Assembly: GCA_964016885.1 (NCBI GenBank)
Contig: OZ024746.1
Coordinates: forward strand, 18,662,001-18,726,000
From: Eledone cirrhosa
Lineage: Eukaryota
Length of the DNA stretch: 64,000 nucleotides
Reading direction: 5' to 3'
In this document: positions 23,805-37,700 of the stretch, in pieces
Layout: each line of letters opens with the position of its first letter
Position numbering within the stretch: position 1 is the stretch's first letter
Program-made: the position numbers and the translations under genes
Notes under the pieces: model-generated
What the model was told of the DNA's origin: nothing
Seen by the model: only the letters and a program-made list of their open reading frames with translations
Database searches by the model: none

Positions 23805-24207
23805 AGTAGAGCATCGGACACCCTGCATTGTGGCATAGAGTTCACATCCTGCCGAGGTTAGCTTTGCCATTCAACTTTAAGGGGTTGATAAAATAAAGTA
23901 CCTGTAATGCACTGGGGTTGATTTAATCGACTTTCCGCTTCGCCAAAATTGTTGACCATGTGCCTAAATCAGACCCATTATATGTACATATTGAGGATGG
24001 TGAATTGGCAATATTGGTTGAGCTGTAACTCTGCTGTGAAGCATAGACTTACAGCACTTTACCTTCTGAGTTCTCTTCTCACAAAACTTAGCTTTGCCCT
24101 TCAACCTTACAGGAGTCTATAAAATAAAGTACCAGTGGTGCACTGGGGTTGATTTAATTGACTTTCCCCTCCTCCAAATTGTTGGTATTGTGTATAAATC
24201 AGAAAGC
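23805..24207 (+). mobile_element. Two head-to-tail older SINE copies
   Basis: The core (GATAAAATAAAGTACC..GCACTGGGGTTGATTTAAT) and tail occur twice. Confidence 0.7.
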
Positions 24208-24412
24208 ATAAGAAAATCGCCCCATGCTACTACTTAAAATATTTTTATTGTTGTTTAACTCTGAAAAGTTATCCAATTTCACTAAGAGCAAAGAAGAAAC
24301 TAGAAATGAAAGGGTTCATTTGTAATACAAATATTACATACAGATTGTTGCAGCAAATACCATCATAAAGAGGACTTTGTAAATATAACTGTGATACAAG
24401 GGTGGGTGGGGG

Positions 24413-25018
24413 TGTAGCTCACCTACCTTGCAGGACATCTCACTTGTTAATCTCCAGAATGTGGTATATCCATGGTGTCTGTAAACGCCCAGCCCAACTC
24501 TACCCTCCCTATTGCCAGAACATATCCCCATGTGTCCCTACACATGGAACAGAAAAATCACAACCTCCTTCTCCATTGATCGTTGAGCAAGTGGGCGAGA
24601 AAACCTGTGATGCTCCCTGTCTCCTGTTCCATGATGTTATTAGCCCTGCTTCCAGCAAGGACCTTAAGGCCCATGGTGTTACTAACCCTTATACTTCTGG
24701 CAAGACCCTCCTCCAGCCCTGTGACGTCACTGGTCCTTATACTTCCAACAAGGCATCCTCCTCCATGCCCATGATGTTACAAGGCCCTCCGTAACCCCAT
24801 GACGTTACAGTGCCATTATACTTCCAGCAAGTCCCCCACTCCAGCCTCATGACCTCACTGGCAAGGCTCCAACCCCACAATAATCTTTCTCTCACCCCAA
24901 ACAATTTATAAGGTATTTGTGGTAACAAGATAGGGATTTTAGGGTGTACCAATAAATTTGTAATTACCAATATGACATTGCACTCAAAGTCTTTGATGAT
25001 TTTTACATATATTCTACA
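24413..25018 (+). mobile_element. Possible LTR remnant with upstream G-rich tract
   Basis: AAGGGTGGGTGGGGG directly precedes TGTAG, and the segment ends CTACA. It has degenerate internal repeats of about 50 bp, TTTATAA (24905) and AATAAA (24951). Confidence 0.4.
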
Positions 25019-25934
25019 CTGTAGAATTGAAAGCATATTATCTAAATATAGATCAACTTAATCATCAACACAATTACAAATAAATGCTTGCTGTATTTAA
25101 TATGTTATGTGAAGAAAGGAGTGGTAAAGACATGAACTCTGCAAGCCAAAACAACACAGACAAGCCATCTAGAAGATCAGTAACTTAAAATAAAATTTGA
25201 CTCAAGATAGACGGGACTGTTTGGCTGTATTACAGACAACCTCTCTAGTGACAGTGGCATGATGAAATAAACCCAGTACACGGTCTAAAGTAGTTGGAAA
25301 TATAAAAGGCACTCAATTATCATCACCATCATTTAACATCTGCTTTCCTTGTTAGCAAGGGTTGGACAGGTCTACATAGACCGAGTCAGTACTGAAGCGA
25401 ATCTACTGGCCTCCCCGACAGGCTGTGGGGTCTGCATCCTACTTACGTACGGTCACACGTCTTATTGAGTGCAGAGGAGAAGTTGTCATGCCTTTTGACA
25501 CAAACTGAAGAATCCTCCCAACCTCTTTGGCAAGCTTTCTATGGCTCGATGCCCTTCCTATCACTGACCACTTTACAGCATGTACTGGGTGCTTTTATCA
25601 TGTAGGTCACTAACACTATGAGGTTGTCATATCTTTGACACAACTAAAGTATCCTCCCAACTCCTTGTTTGACAAGCTCTCTACAGCTGGATGCCCTTCC
25701 TGACACCAAGTACTGGCTGCGTTTATAATGTAGATCACCAGCACTAGAGAGGTCTCTATGTCCTTGATACAACTAAAGGGTTCTCCCAACACTTTCATAA
25801 GAAAGAAAAAGAACATAACATACAAATCAACAACAGAGACTGATGGTTTTCTTTGTCGTTTTATGTACCACATAACAATGGACCCTAACAAGTGGTAAGA
25901 TATTGTAAGACCTGTTCATCTCATGCATGGTACC

Positions 25935-26228
25935 ATAACACTTGAGGGAATCGTAGGGGATGCCATATTGACATACAGTGTTTCTCGGGCATTTTAAAAA
26001 CTTGGTGGAGCCTATCTCTCCATGTCTGAATACAGCAGTTTTCTTCCAGAGAATGATAGAGAGAGTGAGAGAAAGGCAGTGAGAAAGAGATAAGAGGAAG
26101 AATCGACCTTGAATGGATGAAAGGCAAAGTTTACCGCGGCAGGATTTGAACTGAGAGAGCGGTGAGCCGAAGTGGATACCACAAAGCATTCTATCTGAGG
26201 TTCTAACAATTCTACCAATTTACTGCCT
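25935..26228 (-). mobile_element. SINE variant with CT-linker tail
   Basis: Reverse complement of the 17640-17952 type. Confidence 0.7.
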
Positions 26229-26813
26229 TTCTGTTCATCTCATACCAGCATGGAAAAACAGACATATAATGTTGATTTGAACAGAAGTAGTAACTGAACT
26301 AATTGTTACTCATAATGTCCAGTTATTAAATATGTTGTAAGTCGTAACTGGTGACTTCATCTACCCCATTGCATTTTCTCTGGTTTGTAACTTGGAATTC
26401 AAAGAACTGGAAAGAAATACTGAAAAGCATTCCATCTGACGTTCTAACAACTCTGCAAATTCTTTGCCTACAGTTCTGGTTTACATGGGTTTAAGATGCC
26501 AGTCTATCTCAAATAATATTTCCATATAATCTAGTATGTTATGACGTAGTATGTTACCAATCAGATGTTTACTGCTCAAATGCACTACAAAATGTGAGAA
26601 GCAGATTTAAACTGAAGACCAAGTGGTAAGAAACTCTCAGGAGATCTGGGCTACAGAAGGTCTCCAGAGAAGAACCCTCCTCCTCCCTCAAGCAAGTGTT
26701 TCGGCCCTTAACTTCTTACACTCTAAGGGAGCTGGGCTGCATCCAGGACATGACTCATGGGTACCCTTCTGCTGACATTTAGCCATTTGGATATCAGAGA
26801 CTTGTGTATTTAA

Positions 26814-26988
26814 CCCTTTAGCATTTACATTACTCTATATATACTATTGTATTTTTGTGGTAAAGGCTTTACCTTACATAATCATCTCACATAATATCGA
26901 ATCTATGAGATTTTGATGTTATTTATTTTGAGAACAATACCTTAACATAACTATGAGTGGCCATACGGCCGGTTTAAATGCTAAAGGG
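26814..26988. mobile_element. piggyBac-type MITE (same family, opposite orientation)
   Basis: Same TIRs and TTAA flanks. Confidence 0.85.
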
Positions 26989-27269
26989 TTAAACTGTATA
27001 CAGATTATGTTGACAAGATCTAGCTGAACTCTTCTTTGTTGCCTCTGCTTTCAAACTTATATTTAAATTCTTTCTTGAGTTTGGAAAAATAGCATTGGCA
27101 GTCATGGTAGTGGTGATATATCAACAATGTCACTGCCACTACCAACACCTCATCTATGTGGCAGCATATAAATTAAATTACCATTTACAACCAAATAGAG
27201 TTAACTTTGGTTCAATATTCAGTTATGTCTACTATACTTTTCCTCCTGTACATAAATGACCTTCTTGTG

Positions 27270-27500
27270 ACATGTGATGGCTACAGATGATGGTTGTTGA
27301 GTGAAGAAGTACCAAGAAATTCCAGTGGAAGGAAGACCAAGGAAGACCTGGGCAGAGGTGGTGAGAGATGATCTGAAATCGTTGAAACTCACAGCTGAGA
27401 TGACAAAGGATTGTGACATGTGGAGAGATGCTGTGCTGAAAAGGACCTGTCCAACCCAATGCAAGCATGGAAAAATGGACGTAAAAACGATGATGATGAT
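27270..27500 (+). mobile_element. RTE 3'-end fragment
   Basis: GRPRKTWAEVV..DL..WR, then CATGGAAAAATGGACGTAAAAACGATGATG tail. Relatives at 21550-21783 (+) and 32015-32240 (-). Confidence 0.75.
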
Positions 27501-27538
27501 TATATACATACACACATACACACATATATATATATGAA

Positions 27539-27652
27539 TAATTATAAAGACAGGATGCTATTTTTCATATATTTATGAAATTAAAGACTGCATAATGGCA
27601 GTCTATTGAATTCACTAAAATATGAAAATATAGCATCCTGTCTTCGTAATTA
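27539..27652. repeat. Fold-back element, about 115 bp
   Basis: AAGACAGGATGCTAT ... ATAGCATCCTGTCTT, with inner AGACTGC/GCAGTCT. Confidence 0.8.
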
Positions 27653-27984
27653 ATCATATCTTAATACTCCAAATTTACATCTTTGAGATATTTCCCTTTG
27701 TTATAATATCTTTTTTTTTAGCATGCTTTGCTTTTAACAGTATCTTATAAACGCCAGAAGAAAGGTCACAAATTTGATGCTTATTGTGTTCTGGAGGTAT
27801 GATCAAATTTGGGCAGCACCTTTGTTCTGTGTATGAACATAAATGAATAACCTAATATAATATAATTAATTAATTCTGACCTCTGAGTCTTGTTTAATTT
27901 TAAAATGAAAGCAGATATTTTTTTATAACTCAAAGAAGAAAGAAAGGTTTTTGTTTAATTAAAAAAAAATCCTTTCTGTACTGG

Positions 27985-28340
27985 TCGCTATTGAGACCTC
28001 AGATGTTCTTGGTCCCTTTACAGCTGATTTCCTTCGTAAAATCAGAAAAACACACCCTGCCTAAGGAAGGAGCCCCTTGAGGCTGTGTGGCTGTTACACT
28101 AGGTATGTCTGTCCAATCTCTGTGGCAATGCCTTCACCATTTTTGTCCTCAGGGTGCAGCTGAAACACCACTCGGTCAAGGGTGTAGGGTCTGTTGCACA
28201 CCCTCCCCTCTCCTTTTATTTCGTGGCTTAATTCTTTTTAAAAATTCTTTTTCTTGTTTTCTTATTGCCATGTATATTGTACAGTTTTATTCCATTTTCT
28301 GTGTATATAGTCTGAATATGAGAGTTTGAGAAATAAAACT
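27985..28340 (+). mobile_element. CRE-like 3' fragment with 3' UTR upstream of HPS3
   Basis: VAIETSDVLGPFTADFLRKI..RKEP. The 3' UTR (CCCTCCCCTCTCCTTTT.TTTCGT.GCTTAATTCTTTT..AATAAA) aligns with 19020-19160. Confidence 0.75.
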
Positions 28341-28439
28341 CTCAATTAAACCAATTAAGAAATATGAAATAAAGAATTAAATATAATATTGGGTCGAATT
28401 TAAATAGGACTAAGTTGAATTAACGAAGTAATTGAAGTA

Positions 28440-28715
28440 GTGTATTAGTGTATTCAATATTCGACAGTGTCTAATAGTGGTCGAAACGACTCGCAATAAG
28501 TCTTGTCAAGGAACAGCAGTCATGTACAACTACAGTATTCGCAATCATGGTTTGTTTTAGCTGACGACTTTTTACATGGTTGTCGACTAACTAGGACGAT
28601 ATGAGTGGAAAGAAAACAACGAAAGCGTTTCTCTGTCGACGATCGAATGCCAGAAAATCACTTTTATTTTCCTAACCATTTCTCAGACCCATTTTTTGGC
28701 TAAAAAAAATCAACG
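28440..28715 (+). promoter_or_regulatory. Probable HPS3 promoter/5' UTR (CpG-enriched)
   Basis: Local excess of CpG (many TCGA/GTCGAC) in an otherwise CpG-poor window, directly upstream of the ATG. Confidence 0.45.
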
Positions 28716-31700
28716 ATGGTTCGCGTCTTTAGGTGTTTTGGGTTCAAATCTCAAGTCGTTCTTCCCGTGGTCGACGAACCGCTTTCTTTATGTACATCAA
28801 GCGATTGTGTCTTTATTGCTACTGTTGCAGGCTCTTTGGAAGTATTCCGCATTCAGGTTGGTAAAGGATGGAAAAATGTATGTTCTATCAGTACAGAAGG
28901 TTTAGTCCAGCAGTTGGCCTACAGCGAGAAAGGTATGTCCAATTAGTTTGTTCCGGTTACATATTATTAATTGTTTCATGTCTATTTCATGTGACACCTA
29001 GTTCAAAAATTTCACGTATTTTTGTTAGCGAGTTTATTGAAAATGAACATGCTATTAAAAGAAAACCTCCAAAATATGAAACAAAAATATTTATTTACCC
29101 TTTTATTACCAAACCATTTAAAACCCACCCCTTGTTCTATGATACAAAACTGTCCGTTTTAGAATGTTTATGTTTACCTAACCACTTTCCATCAAAATAT
29201 TATGTAAATAACCTTTGTTAAGTTATATTCCAAACACCAGATTAATAATGGACAAGTTAGTTTATATTACTAAATCCCTTCCAAGTATTTTATTATTTTT
29301 CAAAAATATTTGGAAACGTTATGCAGTGTCTTTACGGTAAGGAAAGGGTTAAAGTAATTAAAACGACTATATCCAAGAGAGGTCCGTGTTACAAGGAATG
29401 CTGGATGTGTATCTTTATTGTTAATTTGTGGTTTATTCTGTAAACTATTGGTTAGAATCAACAGGAGTTGTCTGTTGATCAGATACAGCATGGTTCCAAC
29501 ATGTTAACTAGGAATGAATTATGGCGGAGCCAATAAACCAAACATTAATTTAAAACTAATCTCCAGTTTAGAACTAACTATAGAAGAATGGTTTTCGCAA
29601 TCATTAATTATAGGTAATAATAAAAACAATTGAAGAATATACACTATGTACTGTGATAATTTTCTTTGAGACTAAACGATGTAACTAAAAATACGATGCT
29701 ATGTTTATTGGATATCACATTGTATAAATAACATTAGAAATACAAATCTAATACTTTATTTCATAAATATATCCTTCATAGTTGCACAAACAACATTACA
29801 AATCGTTTGCAATTCCTTCAGAATGAAAATATAAACAGAGCATATAAATAAATTTACAGTAGAATAACATAACAAATATGTTTTAAATATATACATAAAT
29901 AACATTACAAATGCCTCGGTAACACTACAAAGGATGATATAATGAAAGATATATTCCTTCAATGCTACAATATTAAAGAAAATGTAAAAGAAGGGGTGAA
30001 TAACGGAGCCAACACCAGAGCAAAAGACAGCAACGTCGCGAGTACTGGGCAACCTCTCTAATGATTTTTGAGGCAAGCCAGTACACTGTCAGTGTTGCCT
30101 CGGGTGATGGCGAGGCTGATGCGCTGAAACAGCCAAGCACCCTCGCGAGATTCGCCAGTCACCTCTATTAGGCGAGCCGCCAGTGAAGAAAGGAACCTCG
30201 CAGTCAGCGGCCCGACTCCCCCAAACGTCTCGAAAGCCACGGGCTGAAAAATGTAGCTGGCCGACAGATCAGAGTATTTGAGGGTCTTACTCCGCTCGGT
30301 TGCAGAAGCTGTGGCTCTCGTCTTAACCGCAGCATCCAGGATGTGGGAAAGAGCAAAAGAGTCACTAACAGTGACGTCCCAGACAAGGCACCTGCCTCTC
30401 GACCAGGGGCACAGGGTAGAAATTGTTTATAATTCTTATAGAATGAAAATATACTCACAAATAATATATACAATACTTAATTGAATAAATATTCAACATT
30501 AAAATATAAATTCAAAACGAATATTTTATTCACAATTGTATAACATTAGAATTTGTTTATAATTCTTACAGAATGACAATATACATCTAAATAATATATA
30601 CAATACTTAATTACATAAATATTTCACATTAAAATATAAATTAAAAACGAAGGAAAATATATTTTAATCGTGATGTTTTACATAAAAATAGAATTCATGG
30701 AACCTTATAAATATAATTCACAAAATTATACAATCAAAGTGCCCCACCCCCTAAAAATATTAGCCACGGGATATTGGTTATTTGGATGTGAATGTATTGT
30801 TTACAGTTATTCGTATAAAACTACTAAACAGTAGTAGAATAAAACCACAAGCCTGATCGGGACGATTCTAGCCTCCTCTATTAAAGCTGATATTGTATTT
30901 ACATGCCTTTGTGGTTTCAATGTCTCTTGTAAAAAATACATAATACATGAGATAATATTAATGAAATATTATTTGTAATGGTCCCAATATAATAAAAGAT
31001 AGGCTGTAGAAAGAAAACAATATCGGACATTTGTGTGTTTGTGTTTTATTAATGTTGTATGAGTCATCTGGATCTCCACGAATCTCCTTTAACACGTAAT
31101 TTTAGAAGATATTGGTTGATTTTTTTAAAAGGAATCTATAATAATTATTTCATTAAATTTTATTGCTTAACTACACCCCCCCCCCACAAAAATGAGAAAA
31201 GGCAAAATAATAATAAAAACCAACAAAAAAACAAACAGTCAGGACTAAATTATATTTATTATACTTATGTGAGAACACAGTTTGTGTACAATTTATATAA
31301 TGATTGATAAAGAAAGAAAGGAAGAAAAAGCAGAGTAGGCGGAGACCTGCACTCTCAATCATACACCACATGAAGGGGTGCTGGAGTTTCCCTCTCATGA
31401 TTGTTGAGGTAATCCAACACGCAGCATTGCTACAAGTGATAGGGTGCTGGATTAACTAAGCGCCATCATGTATCTCACCTGATACCTTGGTAAGGCATGA
31501 GGCCGTCGTCAGAGACCTAGTTGCCTCCAAACGTCTCAAACACCACAGACTGGAAAAATTCCTGGTATTATGTAATTTTATTTTGTGTGGTTATGGAAGC
31601 AATGACCTTCACTTTTAATGTAATATCCAGGATGTGGTGTCCTAAATGAGACATTGACCTCATGGAGAGAGGGAGGGTATAACTATCTGGACTTTTCTCA

Positions 31701-34700
31701 TCAACTCTGGACAATCCAGCTGGCTCCAGAACTGAGGGTGTATTTACTTTTAATTAATTTAGATTTTAGATTATCAAAAAGAATTAATGTTGGGGTCTTA
31801 TGAAGCTCAATGTGAACCACTAAAACTTTATGGGCCACTGGTCATCTACCAGTGATTACATTTGTATCACTGGTCTAGACATGTAGATCTTTTAGTTGAA
31901 TTACTTTCAGTGTTGACTGGAAATTTTAGATGTGGTTAGTTTATTAGCTTTTAGTTTTAATAAAACAAGTACCAGTAATGTACTAGAGTTGATTCTGTTA
32001 ACTGCACCTCTTTGTCATCAACATCGTTTTTATGTCCATTTTTCCACACACAAATGGGTTAGATGGGTCCTTTTCAGTACAGCAACTTTTCGCTTGCCTT
32101 GTTCCTTTATCATCTCTGTAAGTCTCAGCAATTTCAGATCAGCTTTCAATACCTCTACCCAAGTCTTCCTTGGTCTACCTCTATTGTGGCTTCCTACCAC
32201 TGGGATTTCCTGGCACTTTTTCACACTGCAATCATCCTCCCCGGGTCTAAAAATATTAAATTTTTGGCTAAGTCAAACGAAATCTCCCTTTACGATCTGA
32301 GTTCAAATCCCGCCGAGGTCAACTTTGCCTTTCATCCTTACGGGGTCGATAAAATAAAGTACCAGTAATGCACTGGGTAATTCCTGGCCTTGTGCCAAAA
32401 GTAGAAACAATTATATAGAATATAATTTTATTTGAGGATTGACAAAGGAACATGAGAATTGGAGAGATGTGGAACAGGGGATGTAAAAGGGATGATGATG
32501 ATTTGAAAATTGTTTTCTGTTTTCTATTCCAGATGACTATTTGGCCACCCTAGAAGTGAAACATTTCCGCCATGAGAATCTTACTTTTATAAAAACCTAT
32601 CTTGATCTGAAAAAATGGGAAAATAAAAAGAACTTTACAATAAGCTTACGTGTGGCTGAAAGATATCCCGTCATTATTCCTGGTCAACCTGTATTTGAGG
32701 TTCTTGAAATACTTCAAGAAGAAAAGGCAAATAGTTTAAGTGTTTGTTCTCACACGGGTACACTTGCAGTTGCTTGTCACAACAAAGTGAACATTTATAT
32801 GGTCCAGGAAAAATACTCTGCTGAATGTTCCCGATCTTACAAAGATATTGTTCATATTCTAGTTATCAACTGGGGACATGTTGTTAGCAAAGTGGTCATC
32901 AATGAAAGTTTCATAGCCTTAATGTCCAATCGCTATGCTCATGTTCTCAAGTTAAATTTCTATAATGGTTTTCGTAAAGTTGGTCTTCATATGAGTAACC
33001 CAGCTTCCCAGGCAAGCTCAGCTGAGAAGCAACCAAAGGCTTCTTCAAGTTTTTGTTTTGAGACAACAGAGTTAATTGCAGGTGATTTTGAATCTACCTG
33101 CACAACACCATCTTCATCATCCAGTGAATTACTTTTGCCCTCTGATAGCAGTTCAATAGTCAATATAAAAAACGATGAAGCATATACACAGTGGGTTTTC
33201 AGCTCAGACCAACGTGGTAGTAGGAAGAAACGCAGAAGCTTTGGACAAGGGACCCGTAATATCGCAGAAATTGCTAATGTTGCAATAACTCCAGACACAA
33301 TATATCTTCCAAAACTCCATGGAAACAGTGGGATCAATGGTTCAACAAAATCATTGCCTAAAGTTATGGTTCAAGTCAAAGGTAATCAATCTGGTCATCA
33401 TTAATATTTTATTTTATCATAAACACATGTTTTACCAAATACCAACTCTGGTCTGCATCTCACCTTCAGTATTTCATTACCTCTCTTATTCTTAGCAAGT
33501 TATTTTAATCCTATATGCTAGTTGTTATTTAACCTCCATGCTAGTTTGATTAACTAAGGTGTAGTTACCTGTCCTGTTGAAATATATTGCTTGTCATAGA
33601 CTAGTACATGATTCAGGGAGAATATTTATATCTTATCTGTTGAATACATCAAAAACTGGACTTTAGCACTGAACTTAGAAACCTTTTAATAATGGATAAA
33701 CTTTTAATTAGGTATTTTCTATGTGAGTAGACAACAGCATAAAAGTTTTAGAAAAAACAATTTATTTTAAAACTCAATATAAATCGAATCATTTTTTCTA
33801 TAATTGAAGTTTCTTAAATTTGAAACAACAAAAAAATCAACAAAACACTGCATTTCTCATAGTTTCTGTATTAAATTTTTTTTTCTTATTAACTGTTTAA
33901 ATCTAATCATTTGCTGTGTGATCATCTGGGAGAAGTAAGGAAAATAAAGTTAAATGCCTTCTACTTCACTCTGATTTCAAATCCTGCCAGTGTTCATATT
34001 GCCTGTCATCTTTTCAGGGCTCTTAGCAAAGTTGTTCTGCTAGAGAATAGGTTGCAGGTAGTGGATAACAATACAGCCACCAGGTATAATGGTTAGTTGT
34101 GATATAGGCCTATATCACAACTAACCATTATACCTGGCCTACACCTGCCATATGAATAAGCAACCCCAAACCAACAGCAGTAAATTACTAGGGGAAATGG
34201 AACAAGAAAACTCTTCACGGGTCTGAGAAAAGTATCAGATTAGTGACTGCAGCGAATAAGACCACCAAAACACTTCAATATGGTTAGACACAACAAACAC
34301 ACAAAGATGGGGTATCCTGAACCCTAAAGAAGGTTTGGAAGGGAGCAAACCATAACCATCCTTTCAGGGTTCATGAAATAAAGTACTAGTAATTAAGAGG
34401 GGGATTGGTGAAATTGTTTAGAGTGTCAGATGAGATGACTTGTGATATATTTTCCTGCTCTTTGCATTCTGAGTTATCGAGAAGTAGACTTTCATCTGTT
34501 TCCCAGTTTAACATCACCACCTGGTCCTTGGGGACTTTTAGCAGATTTTTATACCTTTGAATTTTTAAAAATTTATTTTATCTTTTCTAGATCAAAGTGT
34601 TTTTGTAAATGGAAAAATTAAGGCTGACACATTACTTTATAAGATTGGTTTACCTGATATTTCATGGAGGCATATGCAATTATTATGTATATATTCAGGT

Positions 34701-37700
34701 AAGGTTCAACAATTGATTTTCTTTTAATTCCTCATTCATTTTCCATCCTTTCTGTTTGTGATATACAATGTTTTGATGACATCAAAACCTTGAATAAAAA
34801 GTCAGATGTTGTGTCTTAAGCTTGTTTATTCTTTTGTTGTGTGAAGAAAAACGTACAGAAGTAGAGGTGGGAAACTCAGAGAAAATAATCAGTTTTCAAT
34901 AAATAAATTTGTTTCTTCCATTTGTGTACTGAAATACATTGAAAGTTGTTGATAACTTTAAATATCTAGGATCCTGGACCCAAAGTTCTGAAAAAAGATT
35001 TCTTAGTATGAAAAATGCTGGGATTGACAGCATGCCATAAATTAAAAATGATATGGAGCTTCAAGCTACCACTAAAATGTACTTAGTACACTGTAAAGTG
35101 ATCGTGTTGGCACTACAATAAAATGTATCCAGTACACTCTATAAAGTGGTAGTGTTGTCATTACAATAAAATATATCCAGTACACTCTATAAAGTGGTAG
35201 TGTTGTCATTACAATAAAATATATCCAGTACAATCTATAAAGTGGTAGTGTTAGTGCCATGATAAAATGCGCCCAACCATAGAAACCATGTTAAAAATGG
35301 AATGTATGTGTAAGACATGGTCCTCTGACCATAGCAATTTATCAACTTTTGTCAGCATGGAAAATGAATGTAAAATGGTGATATTAAAACCACTTTATGG
35401 ACTTGATTTATTATAAATCTGTGTCTTTTTATTTGACTCCCTATACATTGTCTTACATTACAAGATGTGTTTCACTTACATAGCAGTTGCCTATGAAAAA
35501 ATAAATATCCATAAAAGTCTCTCTAATGTGAAGTGTTTCTGTAAAGGACATAACTTTTTAATTTTTTTCATTTTGTAGCATCTGGACAAGGAACACCAAG
35601 TCAGTGTGACTCAGATTTTCCTCTGCAGTCCATCAAATGTGATCCCAAAATGGAAATGTTTTGTTACCTTGGTAATTCTCATGAAGGTCAACTTTACTCT
35701 TTGTCTCCACCTGCAGTTCAGATGCTTTCTTCCTACAAATACTCTTCTCCAGCTCTTCAGGTAACTTAAAGTACTTGACTTTCAAACTTTGTTTTAAGAA
35801 TTTTTTCAGATTCTTAAAGGATTGGACAGATCTCAAAACTGATATTAGATGTTCAACTGTTAAATTTTCTTTTAGGCATCAACCTTTCTGTCTAGTTAGA
35901 ATCTCTAAGTTTAAATATTTCCTATTTAAGCAAACCCAAATAAGTAGAAAATTTGTGCAAGTGGCACAATATAATGTTTTTGTTGATATCAATTTAAGGG
36001 GAATCCTTGTTTTGTCTATTCCAGGCAGTCACTAGTCCAACTATGTTGTTTGTTGTCACAGACACAGGTATAGAAACATACACTTCCAGAGGAGCAGCAT
36101 TCTCTCTTTACCGAAGAAACCATTATGATAATATTCACAAGGTAATTAATTCCTTTATTAAATATTACTACAAGTATTCCAGTTTTTGTAACTATATCAT
36201 TTATTTCAGTTTTAATTAAAATATTTTTTTCATTTATTTCTTTGAATCTTTTTTAGTTTCAAGTAAAATAATTTTGTTCTTCATAGATAAACTATGGTCA
36301 TGAATTTTGAGTAATTACCCAAAGAATATGTATGTGAATACAAGCAGCTGAAATGGGGTTCTTCTGAAGGAATAAGTGGGCAAAGAAGATGATGATAGAT
36401 AAACTAAGTTTATGTAAAAAAACTTAATGGTATCTAGATTAAAGTTTTCTCCTTAGTGAAATATATGCCTAAACTGCCAGTTTATTGTGCACAGTGAAAT
36501 ATATACAGGTGTTATCTTTCAAAATCAAATGAACCTTTATTACTTATCTTTAAATATTTACCATTAATTGAAATCTCTTCAGTGCATATTTGAAATTAAA
36601 CCTTTAGGTTAAAATTATTCATCATTTAACTATTTTTCCACGCTTGCATGGATTAGATGGACATTGACAATAATTTAGCTGTGGACTGGCAGCAAATTGG
36701 CTGAGTCATTAGAACATCAGATAGAATGCTTTATGGTATTTGTTTTAGCACTCTACTCTCTTTCAAATCCAACTGAAGTCAACTTTATTTTTCATCCTTT
36801 TGAGGGTGATAAAAAAATACCATAATATACTTCCTCTATATCACTTTCTAACTTTCATTCTTTCACTCTCTGATGATGGTAATTGTCTCATATTGTCTTA
36901 GTTGGGACATCCAAGTAGTATATAATTCTATTAATTTGTACTAATGCAAAAGGTATTTGGAAAAATTGTTACTTGAAACCTTAGAAAATGTTCAACAAAT
37001 AACAAATTGGCTAAAATGACTGAATTTCAAATTATTTTTATCATATCCTGTTAAAATGTATTGATTTTAGAATAGCTTAGATAACAAATGCTTTACTCAT
37101 TGTAAATGTAGGTACTGTAGTTATTATTTTTACTTGTATTGAACTTGTATACTTGAATAATTAATTAAAGATATAATTAAATAAATAAATAAATAAAATT
37201 GTTTTATTTTCCAGGCCATTCCTCCAGTTGACTTAGAACCTTGTTTATGTGGGATACAACCGTTTTTTAATGCTTCTGAAATATCTGTAATAAGTTCTCC
37301 CAAAGGTACCATGATGGACTCCCATGTTATTCTTTTATCAAAAGTAACAGATTTGAAGTAAGTTTCTTATTTCTCATATCTTATGTTTACTTTAAGGTGA
37401 ATCATTTAAACATATTTTGAGGGGAAATTTATACTATATATAGGGTGTTTAAAAAATATTGATATCATTTGAAATGTAAATATCTCAGAAACTACAAAGT
37501 CTAGGACAACATCACTGGGCAGGCTTAATGTTGAGCAACATAAGATTTATTCTTCAAAATTTGAATTAGAAATTCAAAGGAATGTGTCCTAGACTTTGTA
37601 GTTTCTGGGTTATTCACATCTCAAATGATATTAAATATTTTGAAACACCCTATATTGTTTTGATCCACTTTCCTCTGTTGGATTGCTTTAATGTTTATTT

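Noticed and set aside
26610-26660. Hammerhead-ribozyme-like CTGAAGA..GAAAC (also weak cases at about 48295 and 53460)
   Set aside because: Stem I cannot be formed and core residues are mismatched. An Infernal search would settle it.
32541-33404. Stand-alone 287-aa gene
   Set aside because: It is HPS3 exon 2 (32533-33381), with proper splice sites and phase.
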